Shown here piece after piece: positions 53,316 through 61,695 of a stretch of DNA of 64,000 bases. The DNA is from a virus (lineage: Duplodnaviria > Heunggongvirae > Uroviricota > Caudoviricetes). The stretch is taken from positions 36,147 through 100,146 of the IMG/VR virus record IMGVR_UViG_3300042870_001427, one strand, 5' to 3'. The translations under genes were made by a program, and so were the position numbers. Each line of letters opens with the position of its first letter. The stretch's first letter is position 1. The notes under the pieces were generated by a model. That model was not told the origin of the DNA, did not search any database, and saw only the letters and a list, made by a program, of their open reading frames with translations.

Positions 53316-54898
53316 TGGCTATTGCAAGTACTACAGATAGTAATGCCAGTAGCGCCTACCCGGCATTTCAAAATTATTACGATGCTGCTAGTGTCGGTGA
53401 CGGTAACCGAGGCCTCAGTGCGGCCTTGGCCGTAAATGAGGTTAGTTCGGTGCTGGATCTTGGCACGAGTACTGATGTTAGGGACGATAGATTTGTTCAG
53501 CTCAAAGGTAAATCAGCCGCAATAAATTCTATTTTTATACCGTTAAGAAGTGCTGCAGAGAGAACATCGGTGTTCAATAGTTCCAAGCTTACGAGTGAAG
53601 ACGGGGTTGAATTTAGAAGAGGACCTACAGGGGAAGATTCCGCCTACCCTCAAATATTTGGCGGTCAGGTCGTGAATGCGCCTGCTACTGGTACAAAGTT
53701 TCCAGGGGTAAGACTTACCGCCCGTAAAATGCCACTACCTGTAAGTGGTATAGTAGATCCTGCTAATTTATATCATGATAGTTACGGATATAGTTTTATT
53801 ACAGCCCCCATGACATCTGGGGGAACAGATGATGGTTATGTGGCTATAACTCTACCTTGGGAAGTTGCCTGGGGTCCTAATCACTACAGTTCTGTATTTG
53901 TGGGTACAAACAGTTATGTTACGTTCGGATCAGGTTCAGTTACGTATTCCGGCATAGGCTTTAATACCCCCAACCTTCCAAAGATCTGTATTGGGTCAGG
54001 GGATAATTCAAGCGACCGAGTCAAGTATGTTACCTATAATGTACTTACCTCAACACAACCTTACGCAGGTGCTCCGGTAGAGAATCTCGCTACAGGGGAA
54101 TACCTACTCCGTAAAATTTTTATAATTTATTTTAGAGGTTCTGGAACTACAGGATATGCCGATGAAACAATTAATTCAACTAATGATAATCTGATAGAGT
54201 GGGAGATGTATTTTTACAGTGATGCACGTGGTGTAGTTGATATACACGTAAAAAATATGCCTTTGCATAGATCTAGATGGACATCATCAAGCACTGGTGG
54301 CTTTGTTGGTGGCTCTGGATTTAGTGGTGCTAATCACGAAGGAGGTCAAATAGTTATACCAGGTGTTACAAGTCCAGTAGGAAAAGGTGCTTGCTCATTT
54401 ACCGTTGGTAATGGTGAGTTTATTCGTATTAAGAATGTGGGTGAGCAGATATTTAGAACGACAGCAGGTTTAGGTACGATTAACGGGATTGGGCCTTGTG
54501 TTAGCGGTGGCAGTAGCCCGGCATATGTTTCAGCAGATGCATGCCCATCTGGATGGACAGATATGACAAACGTGAATACTCCACAGGCATATCAATACCC
54601 AACATTTCAAACCGGTGGATGGTTACTAGCATCTGGAACTGCTGCCGGTCATGTACAGGCAATGGTAGATCCTAATAACTATGTCGGTAATGTGGGTAGT
54701 TGGAGAATAAGAAGTAATTCATCTGGTAACTCTTTTGGGTTTAGAGACTCTGCACCATATGAGTACTCAAACGTAACAGATACAACGGGCTGGGGCGCGC
54801 GCATATATTGGGGCTGGGGCTGCACTAGTGGGTTTGTTCTCGCTGCTACCGTTAGATACTGCGTTCCGGCCTGGAGTAATGTTTTCGGGATTGGTTAA
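53315..54898 (+). CDS. hypothetical virion/fibre-associated protein
   Basis: 527 aa, Gly/aromatic-rich; DDGY..I.LPW...VGTN.Y.TFG segment. Confidence 0.65.
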   Translation: MAIASTTDSNASSAYPAFQNYYDAASVGDGNRGLSAALAVNEVSSVLDLGTSTDVRDDRFVQLKGKSAAINSIFIPLRSAAERTSVFNSSKLTSEDGVEFRRGPTGEDSAYPQIFGGQVVNAPATGTKFPGVRLTARKMPLPVSGIVDPANLYHDSYGYSFITAPMTSGGTDDGYVAITLPWEVAWGPNHYSSVFVGTNSYVTFGSGSVTYSGIGFNTPNLPKICIGSGDNSSDRVKYVTYNVLTSTQPYAGAPVENLATGEYLLRKIFIIYFRGSGTTGYADETINSTNDNLIEWEMYFYSDARGVVDIHVKNMPLHRSRWTSSSTGGFVGGSGFSGANHEGGQIVIPGVTSPVGKGACSFTVGNGEFIRIKNVGEQIFRTTAGLGTINGIGPCVSGGSSPAYVSADACPSGWTDMTNVNTPQAYQYPTFQTGGWLLASGTAAGHVQAMVDPNNYVGNVGSWRIRSNSSGNSFGFRDSAPYEYSNVTDTTGWGARIYWGWGCTSGFVLAATVRYCVPAWSNVFGIG

Positions 54899-54918
54899 CT
54901 ATTATTTTTGGATAAATT

Positions 54919-55251
54919 ATGAGAAATTTGAATTACAATGAAATTAGTAATATAGTTTTAAATGATGATAAGTCATTATTTGCTATTATTATATCTAATA
55001 AAGACTGCAATAACTGTAATACCTTCTTAAACTACATTGAGCAATTAGAGCCAAAATACCCTGCCATCTCCTTTCTAGTATTAGAATTAGATGAACTACC
55101 ATTATTTGCTCCTCCTATTTTTCCAAGCATTACTCTCTATCATCGCGGTATGAAAGATAGAGATGCTGGAGGGTTGCCTGAGAGTATTAAATATGTGGAT
55201 AGGTTATTTGAAGATTGGATTGATATGAAAAATAATATGAGTTTAACTTAA
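54919..55251 (+). CDS. thioredoxin-like protein
   Basis: CNNC motif followed by a Trx-like pattern. Confidence 0.65.
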   Translation: MRNLNYNEISNIVLNDDKSLFAIIISNKDCNNCNTFLNYIEQLEPKYPAISFLVLELDELPLFAPPIFPSITLYHRGMKDRDAGGLPESIKYVDRLFEDWIDMKNNMSLT

Positions 55252-55253
55252 AC

Positions 55254-57230
55254 ATGAAAACATTTGTTATAAATTTAGAATCGCGTAAAGATAGATTAGA
55301 TAAGCTGGCCGCCCAACTAGACGAACACGGGTTCGAATGGGAAAGATTTCCAGCAATAAACGGATATAAACTTACATACGGCCAGGTGCGGGATATGGGT
55401 TATGATATTTGTAAGGAGTGGGTTGACCCTCTCTTAAACAGACGCATGACCATGACCGAGATAGCGTGTGCTATCTCTCATATGAAACTGTGGGAAAAAT
55501 GTGTCGAGTTAAACGAACCTATTCTCATACTTGAAGATGACGTTGTGTATATACCCGACAGTAATTTTAGTTTAGAGCATGCTAATGGCTTGTTAAGAAG
55601 TTTTGATATGGTATACTTGGACCATAGAGAAATGATGGAGCATAAGAAAGTCATTCTCTCCGATCTATCCATTCCACATTATCCCTATCTTTGTTCATCA
55701 TATGTTATAAGCCCCGGTGGTGCCTTGAAGTTACTTGAATCTAGATTTAAAGAACTCTTAATCCCGGTAGACGAATTTATTCCAATGATGTTAGGGGTGG
55801 ATCATACAAAAAGTACATTAGCCACTACCCCAGAGGTTAAGTATACTATGGTTCAAGCCCAGTCTCATTATTTGGGTATTGGGTTCTTTAAAGCAATTGC
55901 CTATGAAGATAATAAACCTTTTATGCAAGTATCAAGACAGGTCTTAGGATCTGACATTGAATCGGGTAAGGTGCTCAATTCAAGCCTCCATGCACTTACT
56001 GTTGCCACTGATGAGAATAAATCCTACATGCTTAAGGAGTCAGCCGGTAAGTTTAACATCAACGTCTCTAATTTAGGACGAGGAGTTGAATGGGTTGATG
56101 GTGATATGACTGGTATGGGCGGTGGTCAGAAGTTAAAGCTAGTTAAAAAGTATCTTGAAGAAGTTGAAGACGAGAGTCTAGTATTGTTCTTAGACGGGTA
56201 TGATGTATTCATTAATGACGATTTAAATACTATTGTAAATAGATTCAGATCTTTTAATTGTGATGTACTGTTTGCAGCAGAAAAAACATGCTGGCCAGAC
56301 AAGAATATTTCACATAATTTCCCAGAATCAACTACTCCGTATCGATATCTTAACAGCGGGTTATACATTGGTTATGCATGGGCTATCAAAGAACTGCTGG
56401 TAGGTGATCCTGGGGTTGACGACCAATTCTATCTTCAGAATAAATTTATCGAACAGTATCATTTTAAGAAAAAAATCAATATTAAATTAGACTACGAAAA
56501 CTATATCTTTCAATGCGTGGCTGGGGCTGAAGAAGATATTGAAGTAATGGTCAACCAGAAGTACAAACAGCTTTACAACAATAAGACCAATGTATGTCCT
56601 TGTATACTTCATGGTAATGGCGGAGAGGCACAAAAGACCTTTCTTAAGAACACCTATCGTTCATTATTTGTTAAACAGCTAGAATTTGATACTACAGTAC
56701 CATTAGAAAAACTAGGTGATGAGATACTAGGATTCTCGTTTCTTACTAAAGCCGATTGCGATTATCTGATTAAGAGAGCAGAAGAAACTGGTGTATGGAA
56801 AACTATGCCTGGTGATAAGTTCCCTGGACAAGAGGCAAGAATTAAGGATATCGATCCTTCCCTCTTCATGGAGATATCTGATAAGTTTATGAAATGGGTA
56901 GTACCACAGGCTGAAGCACATTGGTTTCCTCTAAGTGTATACGGAATCAGAGATATGTTTATCATTAAATACTCAACTGATACCCAAGATAGTCTACCGT
57001 GTCACCATGATGCATCTTTAATTACTGGTTCAATTAAGTTGAATGAAGATTACGAAGGCGGTGAACTGGTGTTTAATAGACAGAGGTTTTCTAATATGGG
57101 AATGCAGGCAGGAGAGGTCATTGTATGGCCAGGCCAGGTTACCCATGGCCATGAGTCGTTGAAACTAACTTCAGGCACAAAATACAGCCTCACTATCTGG
57201 ACCTCTCGCTACAAAGGCGATATCAATTAA
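55254..57230 (+). CDS. GT25 (COLGALT-like) + PLOD-type glycosyltransferase + lysyl hydroxylase fusion
   Basis: FVINL..R.DR, CAISH..LW, ILEDD, YVIS..GA.KLL, PVDEF.P; TVAT, GGGQK, LF.DGYD, FAAE..CWP, YLNSG..IG; HHDAS, YEGG, PG..THGHE. Confidence 0.88.
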   Translation: MKTFVINLESRKDRLDKLAAQLDEHGFEWERFPAINGYKLTYGQVRDMGYDICKEWVDPLLNRRMTMTEIACAISHMKLWEKCVELNEPILILEDDVVYIPDSNFSLEHANGLLRSFDMVYLDHREMMEHKKVILSDLSIPHYPYLCSSYVISPGGALKLLESRFKELLIPVDEFIPMMLGVDHTKSTLATTPEVKYTMVQAQSHYLGIGFFKAIAYEDNKPFMQVSRQVLGSDIESGKVLNSSLHALTVATDENKSYMLKESAGKFNINVSNLGRGVEWVDGDMTGMGGGQKLKLVKKYLEEVEDESLVLFLDGYDVFINDDLNTIVNRFRSFNCDVLFAAEKTCWPDKNISHNFPESTTPYRYLNSGLYIGYAWAIKELLVGDPGVDDQFYLQNKFIEQYHFKKKINIKLDYENYIFQCVAGAEEDIEVMVNQKYKQLYNNKTNVCPCILHGNGGEAQKTFLKNTYRSLFVKQLEFDTTVPLEKLGDEILGFSFLTKADCDYLIKRAEETGVWKTMPGDKFPGQEARIKDIDPSLFMEISDKFMKWVVPQAEAHWFPLSVYGIRDMFIIKYSTDTQDSLPCHHDASLITGSIKLNEDYEGGELVFNRQRFSNMGMQAGEVIVWPGQVTHGHESLKLTSGTKYSLTIWTSRYKGDIN

Positions 57231-57240
57231 TTTTGGGTAA

Positions 57241-57248
57241 TATAAATA
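57241..57248 (+). promoter_or_regulatory. T4-type late promoter
   Basis: TATAAATA. Confidence 0.8.
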
Positions 57249-57272
57249 AGACTATATAACCTTGGAAATTAG

Positions 57273-57602
57273 ATGGCAACAAAAGCAAATTTAGTTATCG
57301 ATCAAGGCGCCACCTGGAATAGTACCGTTACGTTGACAGACCCTGACGGTAACTATATTGATTTATCAAGTTATACCGGTGCCGCTCAAATGCGCAAGCA
57401 CTACACCTCCTCTACTGCAACTGCGTTTACAGTACAGCTGGGTGGGGCTAACGGTACCATTACATTATCTCTATCAGCAAACGCAACAGGCAACGTATCT
57501 GCCGGTCGTTATCTTTATGATGTAGAACTCACCGATTCGTCGGGCACTATTTCTCGAGTTTTTGAAGGATCAGTTACAGTCAATCCAAACGTTACGAGAT
57601 AA
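57273..57602 (+). CDS. Ig-like/BppU-N-like small structural protein
   Basis: NL.IDQGA.W, DLS.YT..AQMRK, GRY.YDVELT...R..EG.V.V.P. Confidence 0.75.
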   Translation: MATKANLVIDQGATWNSTVTLTDPDGNYIDLSSYTGAAQMRKHYTSSTATAFTVQLGGANGTITLSLSANATGNVSAGRYLYDVELTDSSGTISRVFEGSVTVNPNVTR

Positions 57603-57605
57603 TAA

Positions 57606-57944
57606 ATGGCAACGTCCTTAGCACAAGTTATCACGATTAATAAGCGTGATACCGTTCTTACCTCAGATGCGCCATTTACACTTAAATCGGCAGTATATGA
57701 CTTCAGCCGTTTAAGTAAACTACTGGACGTTAATGTTACCGAATCTCCAAATAACGCAATATTTGTGTATAATGAGGCATCCGGACAGTGGGAAGATCAT
57801 ACAGTAAGTGGAACCACGAGTGAGGTGCAAGTTTCCTTTGCAAATAACAATCTAACCATTGGATTACCCGATAGCGTCATCGTCACCGACGCATTCTCGT
57901 CAAATACCATATCATTCAACAATATGGATCTGGGTACCTACTAA
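57606..57944 (+). CDS. hypothetical protein
   Basis: L.DV......N....Y....GQW fibre-associated motif. Confidence 0.65.
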   Translation: MATSLAQVITINKRDTVLTSDAPFTLKSAVYDFSRLSKLLDVNVTESPNNAIFVYNEASGQWEDHTVSGTTSEVQVSFANNNLTIGLPDSVIVTDAFSSNTISFNNMDLGTY

Positions 57945-58015
57945 GTCGATTTTACTTACTACCTAAATAGATGGTCTTACATAAGACCTAGTAAAATCCT
58001 ATATAGGGTGCTTTA

Positions 58016-61000
58016 ATGGCAAACACAAAAGTATTACAAATCAAGCGCACGACTGTGAGCGGGCGCACGCCCAATGTCACCAGTAGTGCAAACAGCACTT
58101 ATATCTACCCCGGTGAACTAGCGGTCAACCTAACCGATAAGAAGCTATACACCTCCAACGGGTCGGCTTTAGTTGAGTTTGGTACTAATCTTACATCTCT
58201 TTCCATCAACTCCAACCTAGACGTTTCTGGTAACGTAGTAATAGGTGGAGATCTTACGGTTTCTGGTAATGTAACATACATTAACTCCCAGACCTTAAAC
58301 ATCGGCGATAACATATTCGTTCTGAATGCCGATGTAACTGGTGCACCTTCTGAGAACTCCGGCATGGAGATCAACAGGGGTACTTTTGCCAACGTTCAGT
58401 TCCTATGGAATGAGACTGATTCTAGATGGACCACTAATACCTCTACCTTACACGTTGGTAATACTCTGGTAGTTGCCAATAACACCACTATTACTGGTAC
58501 TGCTAACGTATCAACATCGATAAACGTAGGTGCCAATGTAAATTTAAGCACCAGTTCGATCAACGTTGGCAACTCAACTGTCAATACGTTTATAAACAAT
58601 ATTGCAGTTAATTCAAATACCGTTAATGCAGCCAGTGCAGTTAACGTAGGTGCTAATGTTAACTTAAGCACCAGTCAAATTAACGTAGGTAATAGCACTA
58701 CCAATTCTGTATTAAATAGTACATCCATTACCATTGGCAATACCGTAGTTAATACGACTACAATTGCTATCAGTACAAACGTAGTTTCTAATACTACGGC
58801 GTTAAAGATCGGTAACACAACCGTTAATGCGGTTATCAATAGCACATCTATCGTAATTGGTAATACTGTTGCCAATACAACAGCTATGGCCGTTGGTGCC
58901 AACGTAATTGCAAATACGACTGCATTTAGGGTAGGTAACAGTACTGTAAATTCTTACTTTACATCTAGTCAGTTAAATGTTGGCGCAAACGTTGTACTTA
59001 CTACATCTAATATCACTGTAGGTAATTCAACTGTTAATCTGGCTGTTAACTCCACATCATTCAGCACTGCCGGTGTTATATCTTCTGGAAACGTCAGTAT
59101 AACCGGTACAGCAAACGTATCTGTTGCATTAAACGTTGGTGCAAACGTTAATGCTAATACAACAGCTATTAAGGTTGGTAATACCACTGTTAATGCCGTA
59201 TTGAATCAATCATCACTAACTATTGGTAATACGGTTGCTAACACAACAGGATTATACGTAGGTGCTAACATTTATGCCAATATGACGTCAGTCTTCATTG
59301 GCAACTCAACTGTTAATACTGTTATCAGTAGTGATTCTATCATAATTGGTAACACAGTATCTAATACTACTGTTATTACCATTGGTGCTAATTCTTACAT
59401 TAATACCACAGCACATTTTGTAGGTAATAGCACAGTAAATTCTGCTATTACTTCGTCTTCTATCTTTACCAGCGGTACAATTGCCAGCGGTAATACTACA
59501 GTTACTGGTACGGCAAACGTAACTACAGCAATCAACGTCGGTGCGAACGTCAACCTAGGTACTACCTATATCGATGTTGGTAACAGCACAGTTAATACCA
59601 CCATTACTAATATAACAGTTAGCACCAATACTGTTAATGCAATCAGTGATGTAAATATTGGTGCTAACGTTAATTTAACTACTACTAGTTTTAATGTTGG
59701 TAATAGTACAGTAAATACCAGTATTATTAATTCCGGGGTAACATCTGGTAATGTATTTGTTGGAACAAGTACAACCAATACAGTCATTACACCTACAAGT
59801 ATTACAACAGGTAATACAACAGTCAATACTGTAATAAATTCAACTACTGTCAGTACCAATACTGTAAATGCTAACAGTGCATTGAATGTAGGATCAAATG
59901 TTAATTTAACTACCACCTACGTCAATGTTGGTAATAGTACCGTTAACACATACATTAATTCTACCAGTATAAGTGTACTGACATTAAGTGGTGGTAACGG
60001 TAGTTTCAGTGGTGTTATGTCCATGGGCAACACCAACATTATTGGTACGGCAAATATCAGTGCCAATTTAACTGCCAATAACGTTCGTACATACGGTAGC
60101 GTTCAGATTGACGGCGATCTTGTAGTCGGCGGCAATACAATCACACTTAACGTAACCAATTTGTCACTTGAAGATAGCATGATCTATCTTAATGCCAATA
60201 GCTCGGTAAGTAATCCCGATATTGGATTTGCTGGTAACTATAATGATGGTACGTATCACCATGCAGGTTTCTTTAGAGATGCAACCGATGGTGTATTCAA
60301 GGTATTTGATAACTATTTACCTGAACCGGACGATAGCCCTTTCATCGATACGGCTAATAATACATTTCGTATTGCAGACTTCCAAGCCAATAATACCACG
60401 CTTGGTTCTCTAGTTGTAACTAATATTTCCTATCTTGGCGGGGCGGCAGGGGCCGAGAGTCTAAAGGTAGCCAAAGTAACTTCTGCTATTAATAGTGTAG
60501 AGATTGGTGGTGGAGCAACCGGGGTAAGCCCATACATTTACGCCGCCGGCTCTGAAAGCAACCCACTCAAGGTCAGTGGTAAGGGTAACTTTGGGGTATC
60601 GTTCTTCTCTGGTGCCGGTGCTACTAAACAGTTTGATATTACCCATACCTCTACCGCCGTTAACTACTTACAAGTTACCGGTGCTATATCTACTTCTGGT
60701 CCTATTATTTCAGCCCAGGGTAGTGATACCAACGTTGATCTAAACGTAGTTGCCAAAGGTACTGGGGTAATTAACCTCAAGACCGACAACGGCCTTATTA
60801 CTAGAATAACTGATAACAGCCAGACCAGTATAGTTAACTACCTGGTTATGACGGGTGCAAACACCACCACGTCCCCTAAGCTATCAACTGCAGGTGCTGA
60901 TACCAATATTGGATTACAAGTAGCCACTAAAGGTACTGGATCAATTCAGTTCTATTCTAACAACGATGTAGAACAGGTTAGAATAACTCATACATCTACA

Positions 61001-61654
61001 GCTGTTAACTATCTAAGTCTAACAGGTGCAGTAACTACTTCTGGACCTATCATCTCCTCACAAGGTTATGATACACACATTCCGTTAAATCTATACACAA
61101 AGGGAAGTGAGGCGTTTCACTTCTACACTAACAACGGTGCCCATAGACAGTTTAAATTAGCCCATACTAGTTCGGCTGTTAACTATCTAGAGGCTACAGG
61201 TGGCGCAACTGGTACTGCACCTTCCTTAGTAGTAGGATCAGGAAGTTCGGATACCAATGTTGACTTTACATTATCGGCAAAAGGAACTGGGGTAGTTCAT
61301 TCTACTACACCTCTACAAGTTCAAACCGATACTGTTGTTACTACTAAGACCTTAACTACAACTGCAACCACAGCCGATCAGGTGATTGGCGCATTTGCAG
61401 GTGCAACCTTCCGCTCGGCCGAGTTCGTCATTCAGGCCATAGATGCGACAGGAACTAAATACCAGAAGACTAAAATATTAGCTATACATAATGGTTCTAC
61501 TGCCGACTATACAGAATACGGTAACGTCAACATTGGAGGTGATTGTGGAACATTTGGGATAACTTACTCCGGGGGTAATCTAAACCTAACAGTAACACCG
61601 GCTACAACTAACTCTACTGTTTTCAAAGCAATATGCTTATTGACTAAAGTATAA
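58016..61654 (+). CDS. long tail fibre-like protein (Mtd-N-like start, N/V/T repeats, C-terminal adaptor domain)
   Basis: QIKRT..G..P...GELAVN.TD.KLY; NVGANVNLxTTxINVGNSTVN repeats; C-terminus similar to the 49571 ORF. Confidence 0.85.
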   Translation: MANTKVLQIKRTTVSGRTPNVTSSANSTYIYPGELAVNLTDKKLYTSNGSALVEFGTNLTSLSINSNLDVSGNVVIGGDLTVSGNVTYINSQTLNIGDNIFVLNADVTGAPSENSGMEINRGTFANVQFLWNETDSRWTTNTSTLHVGNTLVVANNTTITGTANVSTSINVGANVNLSTSSINVGNSTVNTFINNIAVNSNTVNAASAVNVGANVNLSTSQINVGNSTTNSVLNSTSITIGNTVVNTTTIAISTNVVSNTTALKIGNTTVNAVINSTSIVIGNTVANTTAMAVGANVIANTTAFRVGNSTVNSYFTSSQLNVGANVVLTTSNITVGNSTVNLAVNSTSFSTAGVISSGNVSITGTANVSVALNVGANVNANTTAIKVGNTTVNAVLNQSSLTIGNTVANTTGLYVGANIYANMTSVFIGNSTVNTVISSDSIIIGNTVSNTTVITIGANSYINTTAHFVGNSTVNSAITSSSIFTSGTIASGNTTVTGTANVTTAINVGANVNLGTTYIDVGNSTVNTTITNITVSTNTVNAISDVNIGANVNLTTTSFNVGNSTVNTSIINSGVTSGNVFVGTSTTNTVITPTSITTGNTTVNTVINSTTVSTNTVNANSALNVGSNVNLTTTYVNVGNSTVNTYINSTSISVLTLSGGNGSFSGVMSMGNTNIIGTANISANLTANNVRTYGSVQIDGDLVVGGNTITLNVTNLSLEDSMIYLNANSSVSNPDIGFAGNYNDGTYHHAGFFRDATDGVFKVFDNYLPEPDDSPFIDTANNTFRIADFQANNTTLGSLVVTNISYLGGAAGAESLKVAKVTSAINSVEIGGGATGVSPYIYAAGSESNPLKVSGKGNFGVSFFSGAGATKQFDITHTSTAVNYLQVTGAISTSGPIISAQGSDTNVDLNVVAKGTGVINLKTDNGLITRITDNSQTSIVNYLVMTGANTTTSPKLSTAGADTNIGLQVATKGTGSIQFYSNNDVEQVRITHTSTAVNYLSLTGAVTTSGPIISSQGYDTHIPLNLYTKGSEAFHFYTNNGAHRQFKLAHTSSAVNYLEATGGATGTAPSLVVGSGSSDTNVDFTLSAKGTGVVHSTTPLQVQTDTVVTTKTLTTTATTADQVIGAFAGATFRSAEFVIQAIDATGTKYQKTKILAIHNGSTADYTEYGNVNIGGDCGTFGITYSGGNLNLTVTPATTNSTVFKAICLLTKV

Positions 61655-61674
61655 TAACAATTCGGCCGCAAGGC

Positions 61675-61695
61675 CTAGGGGAAATGGGAACCTAG
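61675..61695 (+). promoter_or_regulatory. RBS-containing hairpin, copy 2
   Basis: CTAGG-GGAAATGGGAA-CCTAG abutting the ATG; preceded by GGCC-GCAA-GGCC. Confidence 0.55.
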
